Source: an uncultured Candidatus Peribacteria bacterium
GTDB taxonomy: Bacteria; Patescibacteriota; Gracilibacteria; Peribacterales; Peribacteraceae
Assembly (NCBI GenBank): GCA_964513925.1
Contig: CAZENR010000007.1
Span: 2,658 to 66,657 of the forward strand
Reading direction: 5' to 3'
DNA length: 64,000 bases
The notes beneath the pieces were generated by a model. That model saw only the letters and a program-made list of their open reading frames with translations. It ran no database searches and was not told the origin of the DNA. How positions within the stretch are numbered: the first letter of the stretch is position 1; the number at the start of each line of letters is the position of its first letter. Below are positions 1 to 9,800 of this stretch, piece after piece. A program made the position numbers and the translations under genes.

Positions 1-2
1 CG

Positions 3-161
3 GAAGCATACGAAACACTGGATGCACTGCGGCAGTTCGAGGGCATGTTCCCCGATCTTCTGCTCGAGAGTGGCGACCTCCCCGCAACACCTCCGTCTAC
101 CATCGTGCGAGTGGATGAAAGCGGGATACTTGTCGTCAGGCAGGGCTCGATTACGGTGTAG
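3..161 (+). CDS. tsaC: 3' end of L-threonylcarbamoyladenylate synthase (TsaC/YrdC-Sua5 family), 5'-truncated by window edge
   Basis: Frame 3 is open from the window edge to TAG 159-161: EAYETLDALRQFEGMFPDLLLESGDLPATPPSTIVRVDESGILVVRQGSITV*. The '...G.LP...PSTIV.....G.I.V.R.G.I' tail is the recognisable C-terminus of YrdC-domain proteins. Absent from the ORF track because it has no start codon in the window. Confidence 0.55.
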   Translation, partial: EAYETLDALRQFEGMFPDLLLESGDLPATPPSTIVRVDESGILVVRQGSITV

Positions 162-201
162 TACGCTTCCTGGGCGCGCCCGGGCAATGTATTATCTCAC
201 C

Positions 202-648
202 ATGCGCTGCCCACGTTGCAAGCATGAGGACACGTCGGTGATCGACTCCCGCCTGACGGAAGAAGGGCGCGCCGTGCGTCGACGTCGCGAATGTCCCAAA
301 TGCGACCACCGCTTCACCACGTTCGAACGTCAGGAGCTCTCCACACTCATCGTCATTAAACGAGACGGCACGCGCGAGCCGTACAGTCGGACAAAGCTGG
401 AACGCGGCATTTGGGTTGCCTGCACCAAAAGGCCGGTAAGTCAGAAAGCCATAGACGACATGCTGAATTCCCTGGAAGAAAAATGGGCGAAGAACAAAGC
501 TGAGGTAGAAAGCTCGACCATTGGTAAAGATGTCATGCAAGCATTGGCTCGCATCGATAAAGTTGCCTACATCCGCTTTGCCTCTGTGCACCGGGAATTC
601 AAGGACGTGGAAGAGTTTAAAAATGAGCTGGGGAAGCTGTTTAAGTAG
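202..648 (+). CDS. nrdR: Transcriptional repressor NrdR
   Basis: MRCPRCKHEDTSVIDSR...RRRRECPKCDHRFTTFE (CxxC...CxxC zinc ribbon) followed by an ATP-cone (IVIKRDGTREPYSRTKLERGI...). Start trimmed from ORF-track 22 to ATG 202 (MRCP...). Alternative ATG at 187. Confidence 0.9.
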   Translation: MRCPRCKHEDTSVIDSRLTEEGRAVRRRRECPKCDHRFTTFERQELSTLIVIKRDGTREPYSRTKLERGIWVACTKRPVSQKAIDDMLNSLEEKWAKNKAEVESSTIGKDVMQALARIDKVAYIRFASVHREFKDVEEFKNELGKLFK

Positions 649-718
649 CATCCCAAGTTGTCGTTTCCCGCCAGCCGCTGTACCCTGCAAGCCACGTTTC
701 GCGATTCCTCTCCTCTCC

Positions 719-2482
719 ATGCTCCGTACCAACACCTGCGGCGAACTCTCTGCCTCCCATGTCGGAAACACCGTCACACTGTGCGGTTGGGTGAACGTGC
801 GCCGCGACCACGGCGGACTGATCTTTATCGACCTCCGCGACCGCTACGGCCTGACACAGGTGGTATTCCATCCTGAGAAGAACAAAGAGGCATTCGCCCA
901 GGCCGAAGCCATTCGTCCTGAGTGGGTACTCAAGATCACCGGAGTGGTGGAGAAGCGCCAGCCGGGAACCGAAAACCCAAAAATGCCCACCGGAGCCATT
1001 GAAATTACCGCATCGGAGTGCGTCGTTCTCAACAAGGCGAAAACCCCGCCGTTCGAAATTGATTCCGACGTGCAGGTAAACGAGGAATTGCGCTTGCAGT
1101 ACCGCTACTTGGACATGCGCACGCCGCGCATGCGCCGCAATGTGGAGCTGCGCTCGAAGGTGTTTCAAATCATCCGCGAATACTTCACCAACGAAGGATG
1201 TCTGGAAATTGACACTCCATGCCTCATAAAAGGCACTCCGGAAGGCGCCCGAGAATACGTAGTGCCTTCCCGCGTGTATCCCGGCCAGTTCTTCGTGCTG
1301 CCGCAAAGCCCGCAACAGCTGAAGCAGTTGTGCATGGTGGGCGGATTGGACAGGTATTTTCAAATCGCCAGGTGTTTCCGCGACGAAGATCTGCGCGGGG
1401 ACCGGCAGCCGGAATTCCTGCAGCTGGACTTTGAAATGAGCTTCGGCGACCAGTTCGATGTGCAACGCATTATCGAGGGATCGCTCTTGGAAATCCTCAG
1501 GCAGTGCAGCCAGAAGAAGCTGCGAAACGGCAAGGTAGAGCGCTACACCTGGAAGCAGGTTATGGACACCTATGGTTCAGACAAGCCTGATTTGCGCTAC
1601 GAACTGCCGATCACCGACGTCACGTCTATTGTGCCAGGATGTGGATTTAAAGTGTTTGAAGACGCGTTGAAGCTGAAGGACGGCACCGTACGCGCCATCC
1701 GGGTACCGGGCGGGGCCGAGTTGAGCCGCAAAGAAATTGACGCCTGGACCGAGTTGGCCAAGGAGATGAAGGCTAAGGGCTTGGCATACATTCTGTTTAA
1801 AGAGGATGGCCCCTCTTCGCCGCTGCTGAAGTTCTTCAAGGATGGTTTCTTGGAACAGTTGCAAAACCTGACCGGAGCCAAAAAGGGCGATGCACTGTTC
1901 TTCGGCGCGGATCGTTACAAAATTGTGTGTGCCAGCTTGGCTAAAGTCCGCAGCGAGGCCGCAAAGCGCTTCAAGTTGATTGATGAAAGCATCCACGCCA
2001 TGTTCTGGGTGACCGACTTCCCAATGTTCGAGGAACAGGATGATGGCACCTTCACGTTCTCGCACCACCCGTTCACTACGCCCAATCCCGAGCAATGGAA
2101 GCAGCGCAAAGAGAACCCTGCAGCCGTGCATGCCGTCTGCTATGACTTGGTGCTGGATGGCTACGAGCTTGGCAGCGGTTCTATTCGTATCCATGATCCG
2201 GTGCTGCAGAGCGAGGTATTCGACATGCTTGGCATCGGCCCTGAAGATCAGCAAAAGCGCTTCGGGCACATGCTGAAGGCGTTTGAGTACGGTGCTCCGC
2301 CCCACGGCGGCTTTGCATACGGCATAGACCGCGTGGTGATGATTCTTGCTGGTGAGCCAAACATCAGAGAGGTCACCCCGTTCCCCAAGGATCAAAAGGC
2401 CAAGGATTTGTTGCTGGGAGCCCCAGCAGCTGTACCTGACACACAGCTGGAAGAGCTGCGCTTGCGCCTGGAAACCGAGTAA
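719..2482 (+). CDS. aspS: Aspartyl-tRNA synthetase (bacterial type)
   Basis: MLRTNTCGELSASHVGNTVTLCGWVNVRRDHGGLIFIDLRDRYG (OB anticodon-binding domain). Class II motifs FFVLPQSPQQLKQL, FQIARCFRDEDLRGDRQPEFLQLDFEMSF, GSGSIRIHD, PPHGGFAYGIDRVVM. Start trimmed from 521 to ATG 719. Confidence 0.95.
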   Translation: MLRTNTCGELSASHVGNTVTLCGWVNVRRDHGGLIFIDLRDRYGLTQVVFHPEKNKEAFAQAEAIRPEWVLKITGVVEKRQPGTENPKMPTGAIEITASECVVLNKAKTPPFEIDSDVQVNEELRLQYRYLDMRTPRMRRNVELRSKVFQIIREYFTNEGCLEIDTPCLIKGTPEGAREYVVPSRVYPGQFFVLPQSPQQLKQLCMVGGLDRYFQIARCFRDEDLRGDRQPEFLQLDFEMSFGDQFDVQRIIEGSLLEILRQCSQKKLRNGKVERYTWKQVMDTYGSDKPDLRYELPITDVTSIVPGCGFKVFEDALKLKDGTVRAIRVPGGAELSRKEIDAWTELAKEMKAKGLAYILFKEDGPSSPLLKFFKDGFLEQLQNLTGAKKGDALFFGADRYKIVCASLAKVRSEAAKRFKLIDESIHAMFWVTDFPMFEEQDDGTFTFSHHPFTTPNPEQWKQRKENPAAVHAVCYDLVLDGYELGSGSIRIHDPVLQSEVFDMLGIGPEDQQKRFGHMLKAFEYGAPPHGGFAYGIDRVVMILAGEPNIREVTPFPKDQKAKDLLLGAPAAVPDTQLEELRLRLETE

Positions 2483-2558
2483 CGCTGACGGCCATCTTGT
2501 GGTATACTGGTAAGATGTAGCTAAAGCCAAAAATCGCGCTTTGGCACATCGTCCTACC

Positions 2559-3524
2559 ATGGACGATCCTGTAACCCCAACACCGCCGGATGCACCCTCG
2601 CCACCACCTGAGTCGCAGGATGTGAGCGCGTTTACGCAGGCGCGTCTTTCCAAGCAGACGGCGCAGCGCGAGGACGAGATGCGGAAAGTGGCCGAGCTTG
2701 GACGCAAACGCTCGGAGCGTGAGCGTGCCATTAAGCAAAAGATAGTCTCTGACCAGGAATCCCGCTTGAAGCGAGCGCAGGAAGGGGCAAAGGCACGAGA
2801 TGAACAACGAGAAGAGCGAAAAGAGGGCGCAAAAGATTTTCGCCGGAGCTACCGCCAGCGCGAGAAGGAGATTTTGGAGGACAAGAAGCGAAAAGAGAAA
2901 TTCCGCCTGGAAATGGAAGCAAAGCAGAAGGCACAAAAAGAGGTCCGAAAGAAGCGGCAGATATACATGAAAGACTTGCACCAACAAGCGCAGTTCAAGC
3001 GCGAGCAGGAACTACGAAAGCTGCGGGCGGAAGAAGAGCACGAGCGACGCATACGGGAGGCGGAGCGCAAATTTCGTGCGCGCATCGAGCAGCTGGAGCA
3101 CGAGTACACTAAAACTACTGAGGCTGCCTTTGTGGAGACACAAGCGCGTAAAGCCGTCATTGACACGAATGCGCATCAAAAACACTACACAATCGAGGGC
3201 TGGCACCGCATGCGAATTGCCGCACTGGACTCCGAGCTTCGTAATAAAATGTCTGCCGCAAGCTTTGGTGTTTCGGCGGCGATGGCGGAGCAGCGTCGCA
3301 ATGAGCTGCAGGCCCAGTACCGCGTACGTGCGAAGGCTGTGGAAAAGGAGTTTGCCGAAAAAAATGCGGGGCTGGAGATGGAAACCAGAGTGCAGAAATT
3401 GAATGCGGACAACGATCTGAAAACCGCTAAACTGCGTGCCGAGGAGACGCTGCGCATACAGAAGCACAAGGCGGAACTGGAGCACGCGCGCTTACTGGAA
3501 GACATTGCGCGGGGTATCCACTAA
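2559..3524 (+). CDS. Hypothetical highly charged K/R/E-rich, probably long-helix/coiled-coil protein
   Basis: ORF 2541..3524 begins at a TTG; first ATG at 2559 (MDDPVTPTPPDAPSPPPE...). About 200 aa of dense E/K/R repeats (RKRSERERAIKQK..., EERKEGAKDFRRSYRQREKEILEDKKRKEKFRLEMEAKQKAQKEVRKKR). No recognisable catalytic motif. Confidence 0.55.
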   Translation: MDDPVTPTPPDAPSPPPESQDVSAFTQARLSKQTAQREDEMRKVAELGRKRSERERAIKQKIVSDQESRLKRAQEGAKARDEQREERKEGAKDFRRSYRQREKEILEDKKRKEKFRLEMEAKQKAQKEVRKKRQIYMKDLHQQAQFKREQELRKLRAEEEHERRIREAERKFRARIEQLEHEYTKTTEAAFVETQARKAVIDTNAHQKHYTIEGWHRMRIAALDSELRNKMSAASFGVSAAMAEQRRNELQAQYRVRAKAVEKEFAEKNAGLEMETRVQKLNADNDLKTAKLRAEETLRIQKHKAELEHARLLEDIARGIH

Positions 3525-3566
3525 TTGTCTTCGCAAGAATCCGCCAACATGACACACTACCACCGT

Positions 3567-3652
3567 GCCGGGGTGGCGAAATGGCAGACGCATCAGCCTT
3601 AGGAGCTGACGGGAGCAATCCCATGGAGGTTCAAGTCCTCTCCCCGGCACCA
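3567..3652 (+). tRNA. tRNA-Leu (anticodon UAG), class II with long variable arm, CCA encoded
   Basis: Hand-folded: acceptor GCCGGGG/CCCCGGC, D stem GCG/CGC, anticodon stem TCAGC/GCTGA, loop CTTAGGA (anticodon TAG, G37), variable arm CGGGAGCAATCCCAT (GGGA/TCCC stem), T arm GGAGG-TTCAAGT-CCTCT, discriminator A, CCA. Confidence 0.9.
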
Positions 3653-3661
3653 CAGCGTTTG

Positions 3662-6367
3662 TTACGTTGCGGTGAGCTCGGCGCGCTGCCTGCGAGCGGT
3701 GGCAATGGACTTTTGCAGTGCCTCCGTGCGTGCATAGGTAGGTGCATACGTATCCTGCAAGAACACAATTTCATTGCGGTATGCGGTAATCATTGCATCC
3801 AGACGGCGCAGCTTTGCGGGGTTATCGGTTTGCGGCAGCGCCTCGGCCTCGTCGGATACCGCGCGGAGCTGGCGTGCCTGCTCATTACCCTTCTGATTAC
3901 GCAACTCGTTGATATTCTTTGCCAGCTGAGCCATGCGGGCGTTAATAGGCCCATCTGGTGATTGGTATTCACGCAGGTGCAGCAGTTCTGCCTCGTTGGC
4001 TGTGATTGCGGCATCAAACGCACGCAGTGTGCCAGGCTTATCGGTACCGCTGGCTAAAGCATTATTCAGTGTTTTTGTTGCAGCCTCCGTCTCCTTGGTA
4101 AGTTTGTCGCGCGTTTCCGGAGTATGCGGCATGCGCGGCTCGATATCTGCACGGCGTTGAATGGTGTCGGATAACGCTGCGGCAAGTGGAAGCAGGCGCG
4201 GATGATTGGTGTAATGCTTCTGGAGGAATTCGATTTGTGTTCGCAGAGCGGCTGCCAAGGCGTCGAATCGGCGCAGCTTTGCGGGGTTATCGGTTTCGGG
4301 TAAGGCACGCGCGCGATCTATTTCCTGCTCGTTCTTCTTCCAAATGGGGCCGTCGACGGACGTGCGTTGGTCGCGCAATTCGGCAACGCGCTTCACTATG
4401 GCGCCCAAGCGGCCGGGGGCAACAGCCTCGGGGTTTGCATACTCCTGCAAGTGTGCAATTTCGTTTTCCAGCGCCTGAATGGCACCTTCGTAACATTTGA
4501 CGGTTGCATCGTGATTGGTGCCGCTGGCCTCCGCATTAGTAAGTGCTTTCTGCGCCTCATCACTGGCTTTTTGCAGAGCCTCGCGATTCTCCACGGTGTG
4601 CGGCAAGCGCGGGCCTTCCCCCGGCCCGCCGGGAGGCGTGTTGCCTTGCTTCTGCAATTTTTCACGCTCTTCGGTGAGTTTCTTCTTCTCTTCTTCCAAG
4701 GTCTTATTGCGATTTTCCAGTTCTTTGCGGCGACCTTCGGTAGGAGCCGGCGTGCGATTAAGCTCGTCGGTGTTTTGTTTTATTTCTTTGTCGATGGATT
4801 CAATTCGCTTGTTGATTTCCTCGATGCGCTTCTTGTTCACGTCCGGAGAGTTGGGCGGATTCTGCCCCTCGGAAATTTCCTTCTGCAGCCTGTCTCGCTC
4901 TTGCGTCAGCTTTTTCTTCTCCTCTTCCAGCTTTGTCTTGCGCTCGGTTAACTCCTTGCGACGGTTCTCGTTGGGCGGCGGGGTGCGACCGAGTTCGGCA
5001 TTGATGTCGCCAAGCTCCTTGTCGATTGCAGTAATGCGCTCATTCACCGCCTTGAGCCGCTTTTGGCGTTCGGCGTTGGTTTTGGCGTTGGGGTCTGCAT
5101 TCAGCTTCGGGTTGTCTTTGCTGAACTTCTTCAGGAAGCCGGCCACAAACGACAGTGCGCCCATAAGCTGCGCACTCTGCAGCTCGTGCAAGGGCACGGT
5201 CTTGAGCACCAAGCGCCCGGCCGCAGGGTCTAGCTGGCTCGCCGCAATGTCTGCGCCCATCATCTGAAGCTTGGCAATTTCCATCTCCTTGTCGGCCTCG
5301 GTTGCGTTGGGGCCGGACGTGCGCTCAATGTAAATTTGGAGTGCGTTGCGGAAGTTGGCCTTGATGGTCTCCGGGTTGGCTCCCCGCGGCAGCTCGCGAA
5401 TTTGAATGTCGGCATTTGCAACTGGGCCGTTGGAGGGAATGTTTCGGGCTTGTTCGCCGGAGTTTCCGGCGCCAGAGCTGTTGTAACGCTCGATATACGA
5501 CATGGCACGCTGCGTGATGGCACGCATGCGCGGATCTGCCTTATTTACATACTGAATAAAGTTAAGGGCCTCGCGCGCATCTTCGGGGGACACACGAAAT
5601 TGCTTCACCACTGCCTCTGGCGAATTTGGTACCAGCGCCGGATTCAGAATGCCCATGTACGCCACGCTGCGCGCTCCGGGTGGAACGGCATTCATACGGG
5701 TAATGAAGTCCTGCATTACAGGGTGCAATTCATTTAAGTCGCGTTCGGATAATCCTGCGTACATCTCCGCAAGTAACCTGGCAAATTCCGGGGGACGGGT
5801 ATTGCGAATCTCATTTTGATACCTAGGTGAAAGTCGGCTGATTGCTTTATCTATGTTCTCCGGCCCTGCAACGCCCGTCACGCGCGTGAAAGAAATGCGC
5901 CCATCGGGTGTTTTTGTAATGCGAAAGAGTGGATATCCGCGATCGCGATGCAGCGTTTCAAGCAGCAATTGGTTTGCCCGGGCTACCTGTTCATCAATAG
6001 TCTTATTCATTTGCTCCCGCAGCTTCTTGGCCTCCTCTGGATTACCGCCGTCCTGTGCGGCTTTTATGGCTTTTTCGGACGTTTCTTTGAAGCGATTGAT
6101 TCCCAACTCAAAGCGGCTGTAGGCATCAGTCAGCTGCTTGGTTCGCGCCTGAACGGAATCCGTATTCGCCCTGTCGACCGCATCCCGGGTGCCAGCCTCC
6201 GGATTCTCGATATCGAACGGCGGCAATGCCTCACGCGAATCTGGCGACGGCTCCCCTTCGGGTGGCCTGCCGCCGCTCTCAGGTGGCGGCATCAGGAACA
6301 TTAGGCGATGCTCTGCAAATGAGGGTGACCATCGCATGGGACGCAGGGGGAAGTATGGGTGTTGCAT
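3662..6367 (-). CDS. Large (901 aa) hypothetical protein with two different internal duplications, coiled-coil rich
   Basis: ATG at 6367, 5 nt after the stop of the upstream small ORF. No signal peptide or TM seen. aa ~436-585 and ~589-876 are two distinct tandem duplications (see repeat features). No catalytic motif recognised. Confidence 0.7.
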   Translation of the reverse strand: MQHPYFPLRPMRWSPSFAEHRLMFLMPPPESGGRPPEGEPSPDSREALPPFDIENPEAGTRDAVDRANTDSVQARTKQLTDAYSRFELGINRFKETSEKAIKAAQDGGNPEEAKKLREQMNKTIDEQVARANQLLLETLHRDRGYPLFRITKTPDGRISFTRVTGVAGPENIDKAISRLSPRYQNEIRNTRPPEFARLLAEMYAGLSERDLNELHPVMQDFITRMNAVPPGARSVAYMGILNPALVPNSPEAVVKQFRVSPEDAREALNFIQYVNKADPRMRAITQRAMSYIERYNSSGAGNSGEQARNIPSNGPVANADIQIRELPRGANPETIKANFRNALQIYIERTSGPNATEADKEMEIAKLQMMGADIAASQLDPAAGRLVLKTVPLHELQSAQLMGALSFVAGFLKKFSKDNPKLNADPNAKTNAERQKRLKAVNERITAIDKELGDINAELGRTPPPNENRRKELTERKTKLEEEKKKLTQERDRLQKEISEGQNPPNSPDVNKKRIEEINKRIESIDKEIKQNTDELNRTPAPTEGRRKELENRNKTLEEEKKKLTEEREKLQKQGNTPPGGPGEGPRLPHTVENREALQKASDEAQKALTNAEASGTNHDATVKCYEGAIQALENEIAHLQEYANPEAVAPGRLGAIVKRVAELRDQRTSVDGPIWKKNEQEIDRARALPETDNPAKLRRFDALAAALRTQIEFLQKHYTNHPRLLPLAAALSDTIQRRADIEPRMPHTPETRDKLTKETEAATKTLNNALASGTDKPGTLRAFDAAITANEAELLHLREYQSPDGPINARMAQLAKNINELRNQKGNEQARQLRAVSDEAEALPQTDNPAKLRRLDAMITAYRNEIVFLQDTYAPTYARTEALQKSIATARRQRAELTAT
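3740..4603 (-). repeat. Intragenic duplication B (2 x ~130 aa)
   Basis: PHTVENREALQKASDEAQKALTNAEASGT...LQEYANPE...ELRDQ...ALPETDNPAKLRRFDALAAALRTQIEFLQKHY versus PHTPETRDKLTKETEAATKTLNNALASGT...LREYQSPD...ELRNQ...ALPQTDNPAKLRRLDAMITAYRNEIVFLQDTY. Confidence 0.8.
4613..5062 (-). repeat. Intragenic tandem duplication A (2 x ~75 aa)
   Basis: KRLKAVNERITAIDKELGDINAELGRTPPPNENRRKELTERKTKLEEEKKKLTQERDRLQKE... versus KKRIEEINKRIESIDKEIKQNTDELNRTPAPTEGRRKELENRNKTLEEEKKKLTEEREKLQKQ... Confidence 0.8.
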
Positions 6368-6374
6368 ATGGGTA

Positions 6375-6761
6375 TTAGGCGGAAAGCATTTGCACCTCGA
6401 GCGAGGCCATGTCTTTGTTGTCTTGGGCTTTCTCCTGGTCTTCCAGCGACTTCAGCGCTTCGGCCTTTACCCTGACTAACGTTCCGTTTCGCTGGCTTAA
6501 GTACTGCGCAAACTGGCGCTCGTATTCTGCGAATGCCTTGGCGTAGCGCGCGCGGCGCTCTTCTTTCTGCTCTGGCGTCTCTGCGGCGTACTTCACCTTC
6601 AATCCCGCCACTTCTTTCGTTGTTAATTCGGGTTCAATGGCCGCCATAAGCTTGTCGTACACCTCTTCGCCGTCTGGAATGGGCTGCACATTGAAAAAGT
6701 CCGCTACATTCAATGTCGGCAAACCGCCGGTTGCACCGCCTGTGGGGTCGAGGGCGAACAT
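6375..6761 (-). CDS. Hypothetical small protein (128 aa), first gene of a two-gene unit with the 901-aa protein
   Basis: Start trimmed from 6890 to ATG 6761 (MFALDPTGGATGGLPTLNV...), which removes the overlap with mfd. A promoter lies just upstream. Confidence 0.55.
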   Translation of the reverse strand: MFALDPTGGATGGLPTLNVADFFNVQPIPDGEEVYDKLMAAIEPELTTKEVAGLKVKYAAETPEQKEERRARYAKAFAEYERQFAQYLSQRNGTLVRVKAEALKSLEDQEKAQDNKDMASLEVQMLSA

Positions 6762-6783
6762 TGGTATTTGTTGAAATCCCTTT

Positions 6784-6812
6784 ATTGTAGCACAAAACGC
6801 CTTTTTTCTCAA
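6784..6812 (-). promoter_or_regulatory. Sigma70-type promoter with extended -10
   Basis: Minus strand TTGAGA-17 nt-TACAAT, with TGC immediately upstream of the -10 (TGnTACAAT). Located between the mfd stop (6820) and ATG 6761. Confidence 0.55.
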
Positions 6813-6819
6813 TTGCCGA

Positions 6820-9800
6820 CTACTTCTTTGCCTGTTTCTTGGCGAGTGCCGATACCTCGGCGGTAAGGCGGGGGAGCCACTCGGCACCATCGCGCAGGTA
6901 CACCTGCTCGTCCAAGCGCAGTGTTTGGCTGCTAATGCGCCACTGCGTATTTTTGGAAAGCAGCTGCATGATTTCGTTTGCCGTCACGCGCGGATGCAGC
7001 GTCAAAACAATCTCCCTGCCCGCACGGGTGCCTTCTGTCTTCACCCGCAGAACGCCGGCACGTCGGCACGCCATTTTAAGCCGCAGAACATCGAGCAGGT
7101 TCGACACCTGTTTCGGCAGCGGTCCGTACTCCTCCTGCAGATCGTCAGCGAATTCCTGCAGCATGGCCTCATCCTCGCTTCCGGCCAGCTTTTGATACAC
7201 GGAGATCTTTTCCTCGTCATCCGGAATGTAGTAAGGCGGAATGAGCGCCTCGAACGGCAGGGTGATTTCGGCGCTTCCGCCGGCATCGTCTTCCTCGCGG
7301 TGACCGCCTGCCTTCAATTCCTCGACGGCGTTTTTAAGCAAACGAAGATAGTGGCTGACGCCCACGGTCTGCATGTTTCCCGACTGGCTGGCACCCAGAA
7401 TTTCGCCGGCGCCGCGAATTTCCAGGTCGCGCATGGCGATTTGGAAGCCGCTGCCTAGCTCGCTGGCCTCCACAATTGCTTTCAGGCGCTTCTTGGCATC
7501 ATCCTTCAGCCGCTGCGAATGGTAGAGGAAGTACGAGTACGCCTGGATGGAGCTGCGACCTACGCGTCCGCGGAGCTGGTACAGCTGGGACAAGCCAAAC
7601 TTCTCGGCCTCGTTGACAATCAGTGTGTTGGCGCGCGGAAGGTCGATACCGTTTTCGATGATGGTGGAGCTGACGAGCACTTGGAATTCGCCACTCTTGA
7701 ATTTGAGAATGCGCTCTTCGAGCACTTCTGGCTTTAATTGCCCGTGGGTGACCACGAACGTGGCGGAGGGAACTATTGCCTTGAGTTTGGCGGCAAAGGC
7801 ATCGATGGTCTCCACTCGGTTGTGCAGTACGTACACCTGCCCGCCCCGAGACGTTTCTTTCATGATCGCATCGCGAATCAGTCCGTCGGAATACTTGCGA
7901 ACCTCGCTGATAATAGGCAAGCGGCCTGGGGGAGGCGTGGTGATGGTGGTAATGTCCCGCAACTTGTGGAGCCCTAAATTGAGCGTGCGCGGAATGGGAG
8001 TGGCGGTAAGCGTGAGAATATCGACGGACGCGCGCAGTTGCTTCATTCTCTCTTTTTGCTTCACGCCGAAGCGCTGTTCTTCGTCGATAATGAGTAAGCC
8101 CAGGTTGTGGAACTGCACATCTTCTTGCAACAACCGGTGGGTGCCCACCACAATGTCCACCTTGCCACTGGCTAGCCGCTTAAGCGTCTCTTTCTGCTCG
8201 GCTGCGGTGCGGAAGCGGGAGAGCATTTCTATGCGCACGTTAAAGCCCTCCATACGCTTAATAAGACTGCGGTAGTGCTGGTCGGCAAGAATGGTGATTG
8301 GCGATAAAAATGCTACCTGGCGCCCACCTTGCACAGCCTTGAATGCGGCACGCATGGCCACTTCCGTCTTTCCGAATCCCACGTCTCCGCAAACCAGGCG
8401 ATCCATGGGGTGGGGGCCCTCCATATCCCGCTTAATATCCTCAATGGCCTTCATCTGGCCCGGGGTTTCGGTGTAGGGGAAGGCTTGGTCGAATTTGTGC
8501 TGATCCCCGGTGTCGCCAGGGAATGAGTGACCCTTGGCTTTGGAGCGCTTGGCGTAAATATCCAGGAGCTCTCGCGCTACTTTTTGCGCTTCCTCCGACA
8601 CCTTCTTGGTCACCTTCTTCCACTCAGATGAACCAAGCCTGGTGAGCACGGGCTCGTCGCCTTCCTCGTGGACGAACTTACTCAACTTATCCGCCTGATC
8701 GACGGGAACGAAGAGCTTGTCTCCTTCGGCGTAGGTGATTTCCAGATATTCGCGCGCCAAGCCATCAACCTCTTTTTGCGTCATACCCTCAAACCTGCCG
8801 ATGCCGTGCTCCATGTGCACCACGTAATCCCCAGCCTGCAACGAGGTGATGAAATCCAGCGCCAGGCGCTGCACAGAGCGCTGCTTCGCCTCCTTGCGCA
8901 ACGAGAAAATTTCACGATCTGTGATCAGTGCGCACTTTAAGTCCGGGTTCTGAAGAGAGTGCGGCAGTAGCGCGTCGGACGCTGCGGCAACCACAGTCAG
9001 CAGTCCGGGCTTACTCTCCGCCTCCGTGGTGTGCGTGATGTTTTCCTCACTCAAAATACCCACCAGTTCCTCGGTGCGCTTTGTCACCACCACCAGAGAC
9101 CAGCCTTGGTTCAGCTTATCTTTCACGTCGTTAATGAAATCCGACAACGTGTAGAACTTCAGCACCGATAAATACCGCAGGTGTACGTGCTGCGCCTCAG
9201 ATTCAGGAAAACTGGTAAGAGCCAAGACTTCGGCGCCGGTTTTTACGATCACACCCTCTTGGTCATCGAGAATCAGCAGTGTTTCCTTTGGAACTTGCGC
9301 CTGCATGGACGCAGCCTTCTCCCAAGTAAGCGGATACAGCACTAAAGACGCTTGTGTGGCTTTCTTTTGCGAATCAGTAATGCTTTCCACCTTGCCGAAT
9401 CCGAAGGAAATGCGCACCGGCTCCTGTTGCCCCACCGGAAAAACGTCGAGGATGTCGCCGGTACGGCGATATTCGCCGGGGGTAAGCTCGTTGTGATCAC
9501 TGTGGCTGTAGCCATTATCAATAAGCGTCGAGAAAAATTTCGTGAAATCCACCTCATCTCCCACGCGTACCTCTATGCACGCGTCGGCCAATTCGCGAAA
9601 CAGCGGTAATTCACGCTCCCACGTCGCACGGTCAATAATGGCAATACCATCGCCGCGCAGCGCGCGAATAACCGTACCCAAATCATGTGATGTGCATTCC
9701 TCTTCGGGGAAGTGAACCAAAAACGCATCTCGCTCGAAAAACTGCAGCCAGTGCAGTAGACCCTCTGCGCGCGAAGCATCTTCTGTGAGTACAATCGCCG

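Noticed and set aside
22-2482. N-terminal extensions of nrdR (from 22) and aspS (from 521), and similar extensions for sufC (33038), rnj (23645), recR (27887), nusA (44833), the Fe-ADH (54480), pgpA (56458), wzt (36322) and the EEP gene (52724)
   Set aside because: The extensions overlap upstream genes or promoters and lack similarity to the respective families. Internal ATGs reproduce the canonical N-termini.
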